Origin: Myxococcota bacterium
GTDB lineage: Bacteria; Myxococcota; JACRCW01
Length of the DNA: 64,000 nucleotides
Direction of reading: 5' to 3'
Assembly: GCA_040752415.1 (NCBI GenBank)
Contig: JBFMGU010000022.1
Location: forward strand, 163-64,162
Below, in pieces: positions 18,434-29,099 of the stretch; the first letter of the stretch is position 1; every line of letters begins with the position of its first letter. The position numbers and the translations under genes were made by a program. The notes below the pieces were generated by a model. That model worked only from the letters and a program-made list of their open reading frames with translations, did no database searches and was not told the origin of the DNA.

Positions 18434-18892
18434 GTGATTCCCTCGTCCGTCGCCACACCGCCGGGGCTGCTGCGCGCCTGGGCCTGGGGCGCGGGAGCGG
18501 CTCTCCTGGGAGCGGCGCTGTACTACGCGGTGGTGGCGCTCACCGGGTACGAGCTGGGTGTGGTGGCGCTCCTGGTGGGCTGGCTGGTGGGCTCCGCGGT
18601 GCGCGCCGGCTCCGGCAGGGTGGGCGGGCGTCGCTACCAGCTCATGGCGGTGGGGCTCACCTACCTGGCGATTGTGTCCACGTCGGTGCCGCGCACCCTG
18701 GAGGCGCTGGGGGCCTTCAAGGGAAAGCCGGCGGGAACCGGCGTGGGTTACGTGGTGTTGACGACGCTGCTCACCGCGGGACTGGCGGTGGTGGCGCCGT
18801 TCACGTCGGGGATGGAGAACGCGTTGGGGCTCGTCATCATCGGCGTGTCCCTGTACGAGGCCTGGAGGCTCAACCGCGCGCCCGTGGTGTGA
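18434..18892 (+). CDS. Small integral membrane protein (about 4 TM), unknown function
   Basis: GTG start 11 nt after the mrp stop. Hydrophobic segments: GAGAALLGAALYYAVVALTGY, LGVVALLVGWLVGSAV, LMAVGLTYLAIV, VVLTTLLTAGLAVVAPF, LGLVIIGVSLY. Confidence 0.6.
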   Translation: MIPSSVATPPGLLRAWAWGAGAALLGAALYYAVVALTGYELGVVALLVGWLVGSAVRAGSGRVGGRRYQLMAVGLTYLAIVSTSVPRTLEALGAFKGKPAGTGVGYVVLTTLLTAGLAVVAPFTSGMENALGLVIIGVSLYEAWRLNRAPVV

Positions 18893-18934
18893 CGGCGTGT
18901 GGACACGGTCCCGGCGGGCTGTAGACTCCCGCGA

Positions 18935-20413
<1,479 letters not shown>

Positions 20414-20417
20414 GCCC

Positions 20418-21263
20418 GTGCGGCGCGCCGTGCTGGGATCCACCGGCGTCCAGGTCCCCGTGGTGGGGCAGGGCACCTGGCAGATGGAGCAGGACGACCG
20501 TGCCTCCGCGGTGGCGGCCATCCGCGCGGCGCTCGACGTGGGGATGAATCACGTGGATACCGCGGAGCTGTATGGCGCGGGTCGCGTGGAGGAGATCGTG
20601 GCGGAGGCGATTGCCGGTCGTCGCCACGAGGTGTTCCTGGTCTCCAAGGTCCTGCCCGACCACGCCACCCGACGGGGAACCGTGCAGGCGTGCGAACAGA
20701 GCCTGCAGCGACTCAAGACGGACCACCTCGACCTCTACCTGCTCCATTGGCCGGGCGAGCATCCGCTGCGCGGGACCATCGAGGCGTTCGAGCAGCTGGT
20801 GAAGGACGGGAAGATCCGCGCGTGGGGTGTCAGCAACTTCGACGTGGCGGAGCTGGAGGAGGCGCTCACCATCGCGGGGCCGGGGCGCATCGCGTGCAAC
20901 CAGGTGCTGTATCACCTCAAGGAGCGCGCGATTGAGCACGCCGTGATTCCGTGGTGCCAGAAGCACGGGGTGGCGGTGGTGGGGTACAGCCCGTTCGGGT
21001 CGGGGGATTTTCCGTCGGAGCGGAGCGCGGGCGGGAAGGTGCTGCAGCGCATTGCGGACGCCCACGGCGCCACGCCGCGACAGGTGGCCCTCAGCTTCCT
21101 GGTGCGTGACGAGGGAGTGTTCACGATTCCGAAGAGCTCGAACGCCGAGCGTGTGCGGGAGAATGCCGGCGCGGGGGAGCTGCGGCTCAGTGATGACGAC
21201 GTGGCGGAGATTGACCGCGCGTTTCCGCTGAGGAAGCCGCCGCGGACGTTGCCGGTGATTTGA
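20418..21263 (+). CDS. Aldo/keto reductase
   Basis: GTWQM...VDTAELYG...SKV...LDLYLLHWP...IRAWGVSNF...NQVLYHL: canonical AKR signature blocks. Confidence 0.88.
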   Translation: MRRAVLGSTGVQVPVVGQGTWQMEQDDRASAVAAIRAALDVGMNHVDTAELYGAGRVEEIVAEAIAGRRHEVFLVSKVLPDHATRRGTVQACEQSLQRLKTDHLDLYLLHWPGEHPLRGTIEAFEQLVKDGKIRAWGVSNFDVAELEEALTIAGPGRIACNQVLYHLKERAIEHAVIPWCQKHGVAVVGYSPFGSGDFPSERSAGGKVLQRIADAHGATPRQVALSFLVRDEGVFTIPKSSNAERVRENAGAGELRLSDDDVAEIDRAFPLRKPPRTLPVI

Positions 21264-21267
21264 GCGG

Positions 21268-21594
21268 GGCGTTGGTGGTGATTGGGGTTGGTGGCGTGTT
21301 GGCCCCCCACCCGGCCGCCTGCCGATTGCACTGAGTTCACGACGTGGCGGCCGACCTCCCCCACGGCGTGGGGAGGCGTAGATGTGCCGCGCCCGGTGTT
21401 TCCGCTGACGGAGCGCGGCACAAGGCCTCATGGAGCCCGTGCCGCCCACTGACGCAGTGAATCAAACGAGGCGGCACATCTACGCCTCCCCACGCCGTGG
21501 GGGAGGTCGGCCGCCACGTCGTGAACTCAGTGCAGTCGGCAGGCGGCCGGGTGGGGGGGCCAACACGCCACCAATCCCAATCACCACCAACGCC
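21268..21594. repeat. Long spaced inverted repeat IR2: 123/124-bp arms with an 80-nt spacer
   Basis: 21268..21390 against the reverse complement of 21471..21594 shows only two substitutions and one C-run length difference; the inner 64 bp are perfect. Begins 5 nt after the AKR stop. Confidence 0.93.
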
Positions 21595-21700
21595 CTAACG
21601 CCCCCTCGCCGCTCGGTATGGCGGCGCGCTCGCGCTCGTCGTCGAGGGTGGTGGGGCCATTCTCCTGCAGTCGCCAAGAGATGGGTTCACGTGCGCCACG
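21595..21700 (-). pseudogene. Relic of the 3' end of an NtrC-type activator gene
   Basis: About 100 nt align by eye with 23445..23550, the 3' end of the intact NtrC-like gene. This includes the cta (TAG) stop position and ggcgcgctcgcgctcgtcgtc. The encoded ...[17 protein letters not shown] compares with [20 protein letters not shown]. Confidence 0.45.
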
Positions 21701-21804
21701 CGACACCCGAGTGGGGACCGCCGTCATGTGGCACTCCAACGTCGTGGCGTGTGTGCCAGGTAGGGGTGATGGGGCTGCGCCAACCCCGGCATCCGGCGGC
21801 GGCT

Positions 21805-22422
21805 TCACCCGCCGGACTTCCCCACGAGATCCAGCACACGTTGTGAGCGGAGGGATTCCGTCGCCTTCTCGTCGTCGACCAGGAGCTCGCGGTAGATGGG
21901 GCGCAAGACGGTGTCCCATTCGGCCACCAGCGCTTGGGGCGACAATCCGCTGCGGCGCAGGTCCGCGGTGCAGGAGTCGGAGAAGAGCGGCTCGCGGTCA
22001 ATGTGTTCCAGGTACACGCGCACGAACGAAGACCAGGCCTCGACGCGACTTTGCCGAGCGCCGTCCGGTGTCCCGACGAGGATGTTGCGCAGCTGCAGGA
22101 TGGCGCGCCACTGGTGCGCGAGCGGTGCGCCGCCCAGCCGCCCGAGAACGCGGCCGATGAAGCTGTGTCCCCCGGCTCGACGGATGAGCGCGGATTCGTC
22201 CAGCGGCAGCACCGCCCATTCGCCAGCCACCGACCACAGGTTCCACATGCACTCCGGCGTAATCTCCACCCACCAGATGCGCTCAAGCTCGGGCACGGTG
22301 TAGCCGGAACGCACCAGCGTCAGCGCGACGCGGGGGAAGAACCAGCGCGTCTCGGTGTCCAGGTACACGTCGCTGAGGGCGGCCCACACCGGGCGCCGAC
22401 GCTCGACCTCACGCGCATCCAT
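21805..22422 (-). CDS. Conserved hypothetical protein
   Basis: 205 aa with good GC3. The N-terminal PVWAALSDVYLDTE...SGYTVPELERIWWVEI looks to me like a widespread DUF signature (recollection only, unverified). Confidence 0.6.
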   Translation of the reverse strand: MDAREVERRRPVWAALSDVYLDTETRWFFPRVALTLVRSGYTVPELERIWWVEITPECMWNLWSVAGEWAVLPLDESALIRRAGGHSFIGRVLGRLGGAPLAHQWRAILQLRNILVGTPDGARQSRVEAWSSFVRVYLEHIDREPLFSDSCTADLRRSGLSPQALVAEWDTVLRPIYRELLVDDEKATESLRSQRVLDLVGKSGG

Positions 22423-22555
22423 GCCGGCCCCCCCCCGACGAGAAGGACATCATTCGTTACCACGTTGCACCAGCAAAGGACGGCCGGACCGGCAACCGTC
22501 GCCCTGAACTCTGGTAGGCTCCCAGGCCACCCAAGCAGCCCGCTGGGAACGCGGG

Positions 22556-23398
22556 ATGAGGACGGCCGTGAACCTCTCTCCTGAAGAAGCGACCTCCTTC
22601 CTCAAGCTGTGGGCGCACCTGGACGCCTACACCAACCAACGCCTTGGCCTTTTGCCCGACGTCAAGTCGCCGCGGGACCTCTCGCACGGCGTCTCGGTTG
22701 CGGACCGTGGCCGCCTGCGTGTTGCTTTCTGGGAGGATCCCTCTCTCCTGAAGGATTTCATCCGCACCAACCCCTTTGGCTTGTCCGCCGACGAGATGGA
22801 GGATGTCGGGCGGTTCCGGCACGCGGTTCGCGGGCGGTTCTTCGTCGAGCGCTGCCTCAAGGACCACGCGGTGTTGGTGGCCGCCGGCGAGCAGCGCGCC
22901 GTCTATGCGGTGATTGGCCTGACCGAGCCCATCGACGAGTTCCTCGCCCGCCGCACACCCATGCCGCTGCCCATCCTGGTGGAGGCGGCGCTGGTGCCGT
23001 TCCGAGGGAGAATCACCTGGGACGGATTGGTGTCCTTTCACTCCATCCACTTCGGACCGGGGATCCGGCGGGACCTGAAGGACGAGTACCTGAGAGCCAA
23101 GGACCGCGGGGAGATCATCGGCTCCCTGGATGCGGGCCCGCGTCCCATGGCCCGCCGCAAGCGCGTGGTCGACGACGGGCGGCCGGCGTTGGAGAAAGTC
23201 GTGGCGGCCGCGGACGCGGTGGGACGCCCGGACACGTCGCTGCAGGCGGCTGCCTTCCGGCTGCTCAAAGCCAGTGCCCACCTGGCACTTCTCTCGGTGG
23301 CAGAGCCCGACAAGGCGGCGGCGCTGGAGGAGAAAGCGCGGAAGGCGGAACGAGCGCTGAGGGCGGTGCATGAAGCGCTGCTACGCGATTCCGAGTGA
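22556..23398 (+). CDS. Hypothetical protein
   Basis: 280 aa with coding-like composition. Divergent from the preceding gene across a 133-bp spacer. I recognise no motif. Confidence 0.6.
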   Translation: MRTAVNLSPEEATSFLKLWAHLDAYTNQRLGLLPDVKSPRDLSHGVSVADRGRLRVAFWEDPSLLKDFIRTNPFGLSADEMEDVGRFRHAVRGRFFVERCLKDHAVLVAAGEQRAVYAVIGLTEPIDEFLARRTPMPLPILVEAALVPFRGRITWDGLVSFHSIHFGPGIRRDLKDEYLRAKDRGEIIGSLDAGPRPMARRKRVVDDGRPALEKVVAAADAVGRPDTSLQAAAFRLLKASAHLALLSVAEPDKAAALEEKARKAERALRAVHEALLRDSE

Positions 23399-23444
23399 TT
23401 GCTCCGCGCACGCGTGACGGACAGTGAGCGCGTTCCGGGAAAGC

Positions 23445-24884
23445 CTATCGCCCTTCGCTGCTGGGCTCGTCGGCGCGCTCGCGCTCGTCGTCCAGGGTGG
23501 CGGTGCTGCGCTCCATCTCCTCCAGCCGCCGGTAGATGGTCCGCGCGCTGATCCCGAGCAGCCGCGCCGCCAGCGTCTTGTCGTCGCCGCACTTGGCCAG
23601 CGTGGCCTTGATGAACTGCCGTTCCACCTCCGCCAGCGGCGTACCCACGCGGAAGGTCAGCTCCTCCGCCGACGGCACCGGTCCCACCGCGTTGGCCACC
23701 TCGTCGGGAAGGTCCGCGCGCTGCACCGTGTCCCCCCGACACAACACCACCGCGCGCTCCATGGCGTTCTCCAGCTCGCGCACGTTGCCGCGCCAGGGAT
23801 GGGCCATCAGCGCTTCCAGGGCTTCGCTGCTCAGCCCGCGCAGCGGCTTGTTGTGCTTCTGGCAGTGTCGCTGGAAGAAGTGGCTGGCCAGCAGCGCAAT
23901 GTCCTCCCGACGGTCCCGCAGCGGCGGGATGTACAGCGTGATGACGTTGAGCCGGAAGAACAGGTCCTCGCGGAACTTCCCCTCCGCCACGTACTGCTTG
24001 AGGTCACGGTGGGTGGCCGCAATGATGCGCACGTCCACCTTCCTGGGCGTGCCGCCGCCCAGCCGCTCGATCTCCCCGTCCTGCAGCACGCGCAACAGCT
24101 TGACCTGCATGGCCAGCGGCAGGTCGCCGATCTCGTCCAGCAGCATGGTGCCGCCGTTGGCGCGCTCGAAGCGTCCCTCCCGGCTCACCGCGCCGGTGAA
24201 GGCGCCGCGCTCGCTGCCAAAGAGCTCACTCTCCAGGATGGTCTCCGGGAGCGCCGCGCAGTTCACGGCGACGAAAGGCTTGCTGGCGCGCTGGCTGTGC
24301 GCATGGATCTCCCGCGCCACGCGCTCCTTGCCGGTTCCGCTCTCGCCCAGCAGCAGCACCGTGGCCGAGGACGGCGCCACCTGCCGGATCAGCTCCCTGA
24401 GCTTCTGCATGGGCGGTGACTGCCCGACGAGCTCACCACCGCTGGCCTTGGCGCTGGCAAGCTCCGCGCGCAGGGCGCGGTTCTCGGTGAGCAGGGCCTG
24501 CTTCTCCAGCGCGCGTTTGACGGTGGCCACCACCGCGGAGCGCTTCACCGGCTTGGCCAGGAAGTCGTAGGCGCCCTCCCGCATGGCCTCCACGGCGTTC
24601 TCCACCGTGCCGTAGGCGGTCATGAGGATCACCTCCGCCTCGGGCACCACGGTCTTGACGCCCTTGAGCAGCTCGGTGCCGCTGAGGCGGGGCATCACCA
24701 GGTCGGTGAGGACCACCTGGGGCGAGAACCCGCGCGCCAGCTCCAGCGCCGCCGCGCCGTCACCGGCCGTGCGGACCTCATAGCCCTCCTTCTCCAGGAT
24801 CTTCTGGAGGCTCTCCGCGTGACCCGTCTCATCATCAACCACCAGCACGCGGGCCTTGGTGGTGGGCGCTGACGCAGAAGCCAT
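23445..24884 (-). CDS. NtrC-family sigma-54-dependent response regulator (REC, AAA+, Fis-type HTH)
   Basis: Receiver VLVVDDE...[11 protein letters not shown]. Walker [17 protein letters not shown] loop (ERGAFTGA). [30 protein letters not shown]. Start at M26 of the track ORF (ATG 24884). Confidence 0.92.
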   Translation of the reverse strand: MASASAPTTKARVLVVDDETGHAESLQKILEKEGYEVRTAGDGAAALELARGFSPQVVLTDLVMPRLSGTELLKGVKTVVPEAEVILMTAYGTVENAVEAMREGAYDFLAKPVKRSAVVATVKRALEKQALLTENRALRAELASAKASGGELVGQSPPMQKLRELIRQVAPSSATVLLLGESGTGKERVAREIHAHSQRASKPFVAVNCAALPETILESELFGSERGAFTGAVSREGRFERANGGTMLLDEIGDLPLAMQVKLLRVLQDGEIERLGGGTPRKVDVRIIAATHRDLKQYVAEGKFREDLFFRLNVITLYIPPLRDRREDIALLASHFFQRHCQKHNKPLRGLSSEALEALMAHPWRGNVRELENAMERAVVLCRGDTVQRADLPDEVANAVGPVPSAEELTFRVGTPLAEVERQFIKATLAKCGDDKTLAARLLGISARTIYRRLEEMERSTATLDDERERADEPSSEGR

Positions 24885-25319
24885 TGGCACCAACTTACGG
24901 CATGCAGGGACGGGCGTGAAACAACCCAGCCCAGGGACCACCTTCCATAGCCATCCCACGCCCGACCCGCCACCACCGGATTGACTCTGTCGTCAACACG
25001 CAGGATTCCCGCCCCGCTTCGCCCGTGGTCCGGGTTGCGCCCGCGGTGATCCAGGCGTGGGGCGCAACGTCCGGGAGCAGGCTTCGCGGGGCTTGTGCCG
25101 CATGCGCCCGGGTTGGGCCCAACCGGCGCAATCCGGGATGCCACCAGCCCATACGGATCGTCGCCAAGCGGGCCGTTCCGCTCGGAGATGCGTCCGCGCC
25201 CGCGGCGGTATGGCGGGTGCAATCCGCTCGCGCGTCCCTGTCGCAGCGCGGTCACCTCCGCCGTTCGTCGGTCCCGACGCCTGGCCGATGGTTCCCGCCG
25301 CGCGCGGCACCTACTTGGG

Positions 25320-25335
25320 TTGACTCAAGAGTCAA
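25320..25335. promoter_or_regulatory. Perfect 7-2-7 palindrome TTGACTC-AA-GAGTCAA immediately upstream of the lectin gene
   Basis: ttgactcaagagtcaa at 25320..25335, 17 nt before ATG 25352. A weaker relative, ttgactctgtcgtcaa, lies at 24981..24996 in the same intergenic region. Confidence 0.35.
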
Positions 25336-25351
25336 TCCGCGGAGCCAGAGC

Positions 25352-27088
25352 ATGCGTGACGTTCGGAGGGTGGTGTTGTGGGGGGCGTTGGTGGCGGCGG
25401 GCGGGTGCGTGAGCCCGTTGGAGGAGAACCCGGCCTCCGGGACGGAGGAGGCGCCCGCGGAGGGTGACCTGCAGAGCGCGCTCTCGGGAGATGCGTTGCG
25501 GGCGCGCACCGACGCGGTCCTGGCGGTGGCGGCGCAGCGCGGGATCACCAACCCGCTGGTGTACGCGGGCATTGGCTACCACGAGAGCGGGCTGGCGCAG
25601 TGCTGGAGCGAAGCCACGTGGACGTGCCAGGGGCCGTGGTCGGCGGATTGCGGCGGGCCGGTGCTGGCTGGCGCCTCCGACGGACCGTGCAGTCACGAGC
25701 AGGGCGGGCTGGGGATGTACCAGCTGGATTCCGGCACCTACGCGCAGACGTTGGCGCAGCATGGCAACCGCGTGCTCAGCGTGGCGGGCAACTTCGACAT
25801 CGGGATGAGCTTCATCATCTACAAGGTGCGGGTCTGTCCCAACACGCCCAGCTTCACCCATGACGACGAGGTGGTGGCCTGGATCAACAGCGCCACGCCG
25901 GGCACGGCCAACTACGAGACGTTCATGGCGGCCATGGCGTGGTGCTACAACGGCTGCGCGCCGGGCTGGAGCTGCAACCATGAGCGCGTGAAGCAGCGCT
26001 ACTCCGACGCCACGCTGAGCCTGTACCGCTCCTTCGGTCACGATTACTGGTACGGCGCCACGACGGTGGACCCCGAGCCGGAGCCCACGCCGGTGCCGGG
26101 TGTGACGCCGCGGGAGGAATCCGCACGCTCCAACGTGGCGCGCAACGCGGACGGCCGACTGGAGCTGGTGCTGCGCGCCGACGACGGGACGCTGTGGCGC
26201 AACGTGCAGGTCTCCCCCAACAACGCGTGGACCGGATTCGTCGCGCTGGGCGCCGGTGCGGCCTCGCAGCCCACGCTGGCCGCAGCCTCCGACGGGCGAC
26301 TGGTGCTGGTGGTCCGCGGTGACGACGGAGCGTTCCACCGCGCCAGCCAGGATGGACCCGACGGGAGCTGGGGCGCGTTGGAGTCCCTGGGCGGCGGCTT
26401 CCGCTCCAACCCCGCGCTGGCGCTCAATGACGACGGGCGCCTGGAAGTGTTTGGCGTGGGTGACGACGGAGCGGTGTGGCACGCGTGGGAGGAGAGTCCG
26501 CTGGGGGCGTGGACGGGGTGGTTCTCACTGGAGGGACAGGTGACCGCGGACATCTCGGTGGCGCGCAACTTCGACGGGCGACTGGAGATCTTCGCTCGCG
26601 GCACCGACGGTGCGGTGTGGCACCGCTGGCAGCTGGGCGGCAGCGCGGGTTGGAGCGGATGGAGCTCCCTGGGCGGCAGCGTGATGGGGACGCCCGCGGT
26701 GGCCACGAATCCCGACGGGCGGCTCGAGGTGTTCGCGCGCTGGTGGGACGGGACGCTGGTGCACACCTACCAACAGGAGCGCGCCGGGAGCTGGACGGAA
26801 TGGGGCGTGCTGGGCGGCAGCATCAGCGCGTCTCCGACGGTGGGAGTGAACGCGGCTGGTCGGCTGGAGGTGTTCGCGCGCTCTGGTGGCGGCGTGGTGC
26901 ACACGTGGCAGCAGCCGGATGGCAGCGGGTGGTCGGAGGTGTACGTCATGGAGGGCGCCACCACCGACGGAGCGGTCTCGGTGGGCAGCAACGCGGATGG
27001 GCGGCTGGAGGTGTTCGCTCCGTCGGGTGCCGGCGTGGTGCACGCGTGGCAGAACGAGAACGGATGGAGCGCGTTCTGGGGAATGTGA
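25352..27088 (+). CDS. Secreted lipoprotein: GH23/lytic-transglycosylase-like domain fused to a seven-bladed PLL/tectonin-type lectin beta-propeller
   Basis: MRDVRRVVLWGALVAAGGC lipobox. GIGYHESGLAQ ... GGLGMYQLDSGTY resembles the SLT E-S...GLMQ pattern. Then seven ~47-aa repeats of the type DGRLEVFARG.DGAVWH.WQ....W.GW.SLGG. Confidence 0.75.
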   Translation: MRDVRRVVLWGALVAAGGCVSPLEENPASGTEEAPAEGDLQSALSGDALRARTDAVLAVAAQRGITNPLVYAGIGYHESGLAQCWSEATWTCQGPWSADCGGPVLAGASDGPCSHEQGGLGMYQLDSGTYAQTLAQHGNRVLSVAGNFDIGMSFIIYKVRVCPNTPSFTHDDEVVAWINSATPGTANYETFMAAMAWCYNGCAPGWSCNHERVKQRYSDATLSLYRSFGHDYWYGATTVDPEPEPTPVPGVTPREESARSNVARNADGRLELVLRADDGTLWRNVQVSPNNAWTGFVALGAGAASQPTLAAASDGRLVLVVRGDDGAFHRASQDGPDGSWGALESLGGGFRSNPALALNDDGRLEVFGVGDDGAVWHAWEESPLGAWTGWFSLEGQVTADISVARNFDGRLEIFARGTDGAVWHRWQLGGSAGWSGWSSLGGSVMGTPAVATNPDGRLEVFARWWDGTLVHTYQQERAGSWTEWGVLGGSISASPTVGVNAAGRLEVFARSGGGVVHTWQQPDGSGWSEVYVMEGATTDGAVSVGSNADGRLEVFAPSGAGVVHAWQNENGWSAFWGM

Positions 27089-27183
27089 GGTCCCCGCACG
27101 GAGGTTTCGTGGGCCAGCCGGCGTGCGCATGGGAGTGACGTCCCACGACGGAATCCTGCGCCGACGAGCGGGGTGCCGCGGAC

Positions 27184-28542
27184 CTACGGTTCGTCGGTGT
27201 TGTACCTCAGGCGCAGCACCACGTGGGCCCCAGCGTCGACGAGAACGAAGTCCCCGAGCGCATCCATGGTGATGCTGGTGGGCCCACTCATCCGCGCGGA
27301 TGCCAGGTTGCCGAGCACCAGGCGCTTGTCGTCCCGCGCCCCGACGAGGACGCTCACCGACTGATCGGGTGAAATCAAGGAAACAACGCCGGAGCCGGAT
27401 TCGGCCACCAGCACGCGGCCTTGCGGGTCCAGCGCCACATCTCTCGGCCAGTGGAAAGCGCCGCGCGTCCCGAGCGTGGTGACCCTGGGAAGCTGCCCGT
27501 TGAAGGTGAGACGACGGACGGAACGCGCGCCGTTGTCCGCCACCAGGAAACCGCCTTGGCCGTCCGGTGTCACGTCGTGGGGACCCCAGAACCGGATGGC
27601 CGCGCCTTCACCGTCCTGCGCGCGGGGGTTGGGGTCACTGGCATCACCCGCCACGGTCTCGACCCGCGCCGTCCAATCCGAAGTGTATGCGACCCGCCGG
27701 ATGACGTTGTTCCCGTAGTCTCCCACCAACAGCATGCCGGGGGACACGAAGTACACGCCGGTGGGAATCCTCAACCGCGCCACGGTTCCGTCGCCATCCT
27801 GGCTGCCCACCTCCTCTGCCCGACCCACCAGCGTCCGCACGACGCCCTCGCGCGTGAGTACCCGCAGGGTGGCGTTCCGCTCGTCGATGATGAACAGGTT
27901 GCCTTCCCCGTCCAGGGCAACGCCCACGGGCTTGGAGAAGCGTGCCTGCAGCGCAGGCCCATCCTCAGCGCCGAGCACACCCGGGGCGCCGGCAATGGTC
28001 TCGGTGCATCCATCCGGCCAGACCTTCCTGACGTCGCGGTTCATGGGCTCGGGGACGTAGATGATCCCGTCGGCGTCAACGTCGGCGGCGCGCGGCTCAT
28101 GGAAGAGGGCATGCAGACCGTCCCGGTGCCCGGACACCGAGGGCTGCCCGGCAATCAGCTCAAGACCATAGGGCCGGACTTCGATCTCCCGTTCCTGGCG
28201 CCCCGATCCATCCGCGGCGTCACACGCGATGGTGGCCGTGCCCGGCTCTCCGGCGGTGAAGGAGATCTCGGTACCGTGGGTGCCGGAAGTGATCTCGCCG
28301 TTGATCATGCTCCATTGGCATGTCAGCCCGCTGCCCGGTCGCACCTTGGCGTGCAGACCGCGACGACGCATGGTGACCACCGACGGGACCACGATGATCG
28401 CTTCCGTCGTCGCGCGGCTCGTGGCGCAAAGGGAAGAGCCGGCGTCGGCGCTGACGAGGGACACCGGCCGGGCGTCGGAGCAGGACGTGGTCGCAGAGAG
28501 CAGGCCACTCACCAGCGACGCTGCAACGAACCTCTGCTTCAT
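27184..28542 (-). CDS. NHL-repeat beta-propeller lipoprotein
   Basis: MKQRFVAASLVSGLLSATTSC lipobox. An Ig-like N-terminal part. Repeated NHL-type blades (FSKPVGVALDGEGNLFIIDERNATLRVL; FWGPHDVTPDGQGGFLVADNGARSVRRL; HWPRDVALDPQGRVLVAESGSGVV). Confidence 0.8.
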   Translation of the reverse strand: MKQRFVAASLVSGLLSATTSCSDARPVSLVSADAGSSLCATSRATTEAIIVVPSVVTMRRRGLHAKVRPGSGLTCQWSMINGEITSGTHGTEISFTAGEPGTATIACDAADGSGRQEREIEVRPYGLELIAGQPSVSGHRDGLHALFHEPRAADVDADGIIYVPEPMNRDVRKVWPDGCTETIAGAPGVLGAEDGPALQARFSKPVGVALDGEGNLFIIDERNATLRVLTREGVVRTLVGRAEEVGSQDGDGTVARLRIPTGVYFVSPGMLLVGDYGNNVIRRVAYTSDWTARVETVAGDASDPNPRAQDGEGAAIRFWGPHDVTPDGQGGFLVADNGARSVRRLTFNGQLPRVTTLGTRGAFHWPRDVALDPQGRVLVAESGSGVVSLISPDQSVSVLVGARDDKRLVLGNLASARMSGPTSITMDALGDFVLVDAGAHVVLRLRYNTDEP

Positions 28543-28686
28543 GCCGACCCCCCCGTGAACATCATGGCGGTTCGCGCAGCACGGCGTCCAGAGGGCCACG
28601 ACGGGAGGGACAGCAGCCTCCGGGTCGCGGGGCGTGGGAGATGACGCTCGCCGGTGTTGAGGCCGGCGCCAGCGGAAACCGTCCCG

Positions 28687-29078
28687 TCATCCGTCCAGCC
28701 TGCCGGTCATGAAGAACCCGTCGACGGCGAGGCGCTCTTCGTAATTCTCGAAGTACATGTCCATGAACACTTCGCGCTTGATCGTCCCGTCCTCGGACTC
28801 CACGAAGTACAGGTCCACCACGTTTCCATTCACCCCCACGCCCACGTTGCCCAGGCGCTTGTAGCGGACAGGCTTCCCGTCGGGACCGACAAGCCTGTCG
28901 AGATAGCGGCGCTCTCCCGCGGGCCCGTCGCAGTTCGGATGGGATTCCTCTCGGAACCGAGCTGTCCGTCGGCAATGGTCAGGGCGGGATCTCCGCTGGG
29001 GCGCGTGCGGCCGAACCCAACGCAACCCGTGGACACCAACAGGGCGCCAACCAGCACCGCGCGAGCAATTGCGTTCAT
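28687..29078 (-). pseudogene. Small lipoprotein gene interrupted by a frameshift near 28935..28960
   Basis: Frame A starts after GGGAGGA with MNAIARAVLVGALLVSTGC...GSERNPI. Frame B continues CDGPAGERRYLDRLVGPDGKPVRYKRLGNVG...VVDLYFVESEDGTIKREVFMDMYFENYEERLAV to the stop at 28687. Neither frame alone gives both signal peptide and domain. Confidence 0.55.
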
Positions 29079-29099
29079 GTGATTCCTCCCGAAGGCGCC

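Noticed and set aside
24879-24896. TGGCAC (sigma-54 -24-like) at the NtrC gene start
   Set aside because: The required GC dinucleotide of the -12 element is absent at the proper spacing (TGGCACcaactTACG). The hexamer also overlaps the start codon of the minus-strand gene.
25025-25351. Upstream extension of the lectin-lysozyme gene (track start 25025)
   Set aside because: The extension is Arg/Ala/Pro-rich and precedes a clear lipoprotein signal peptide beginning at ATG 25352.
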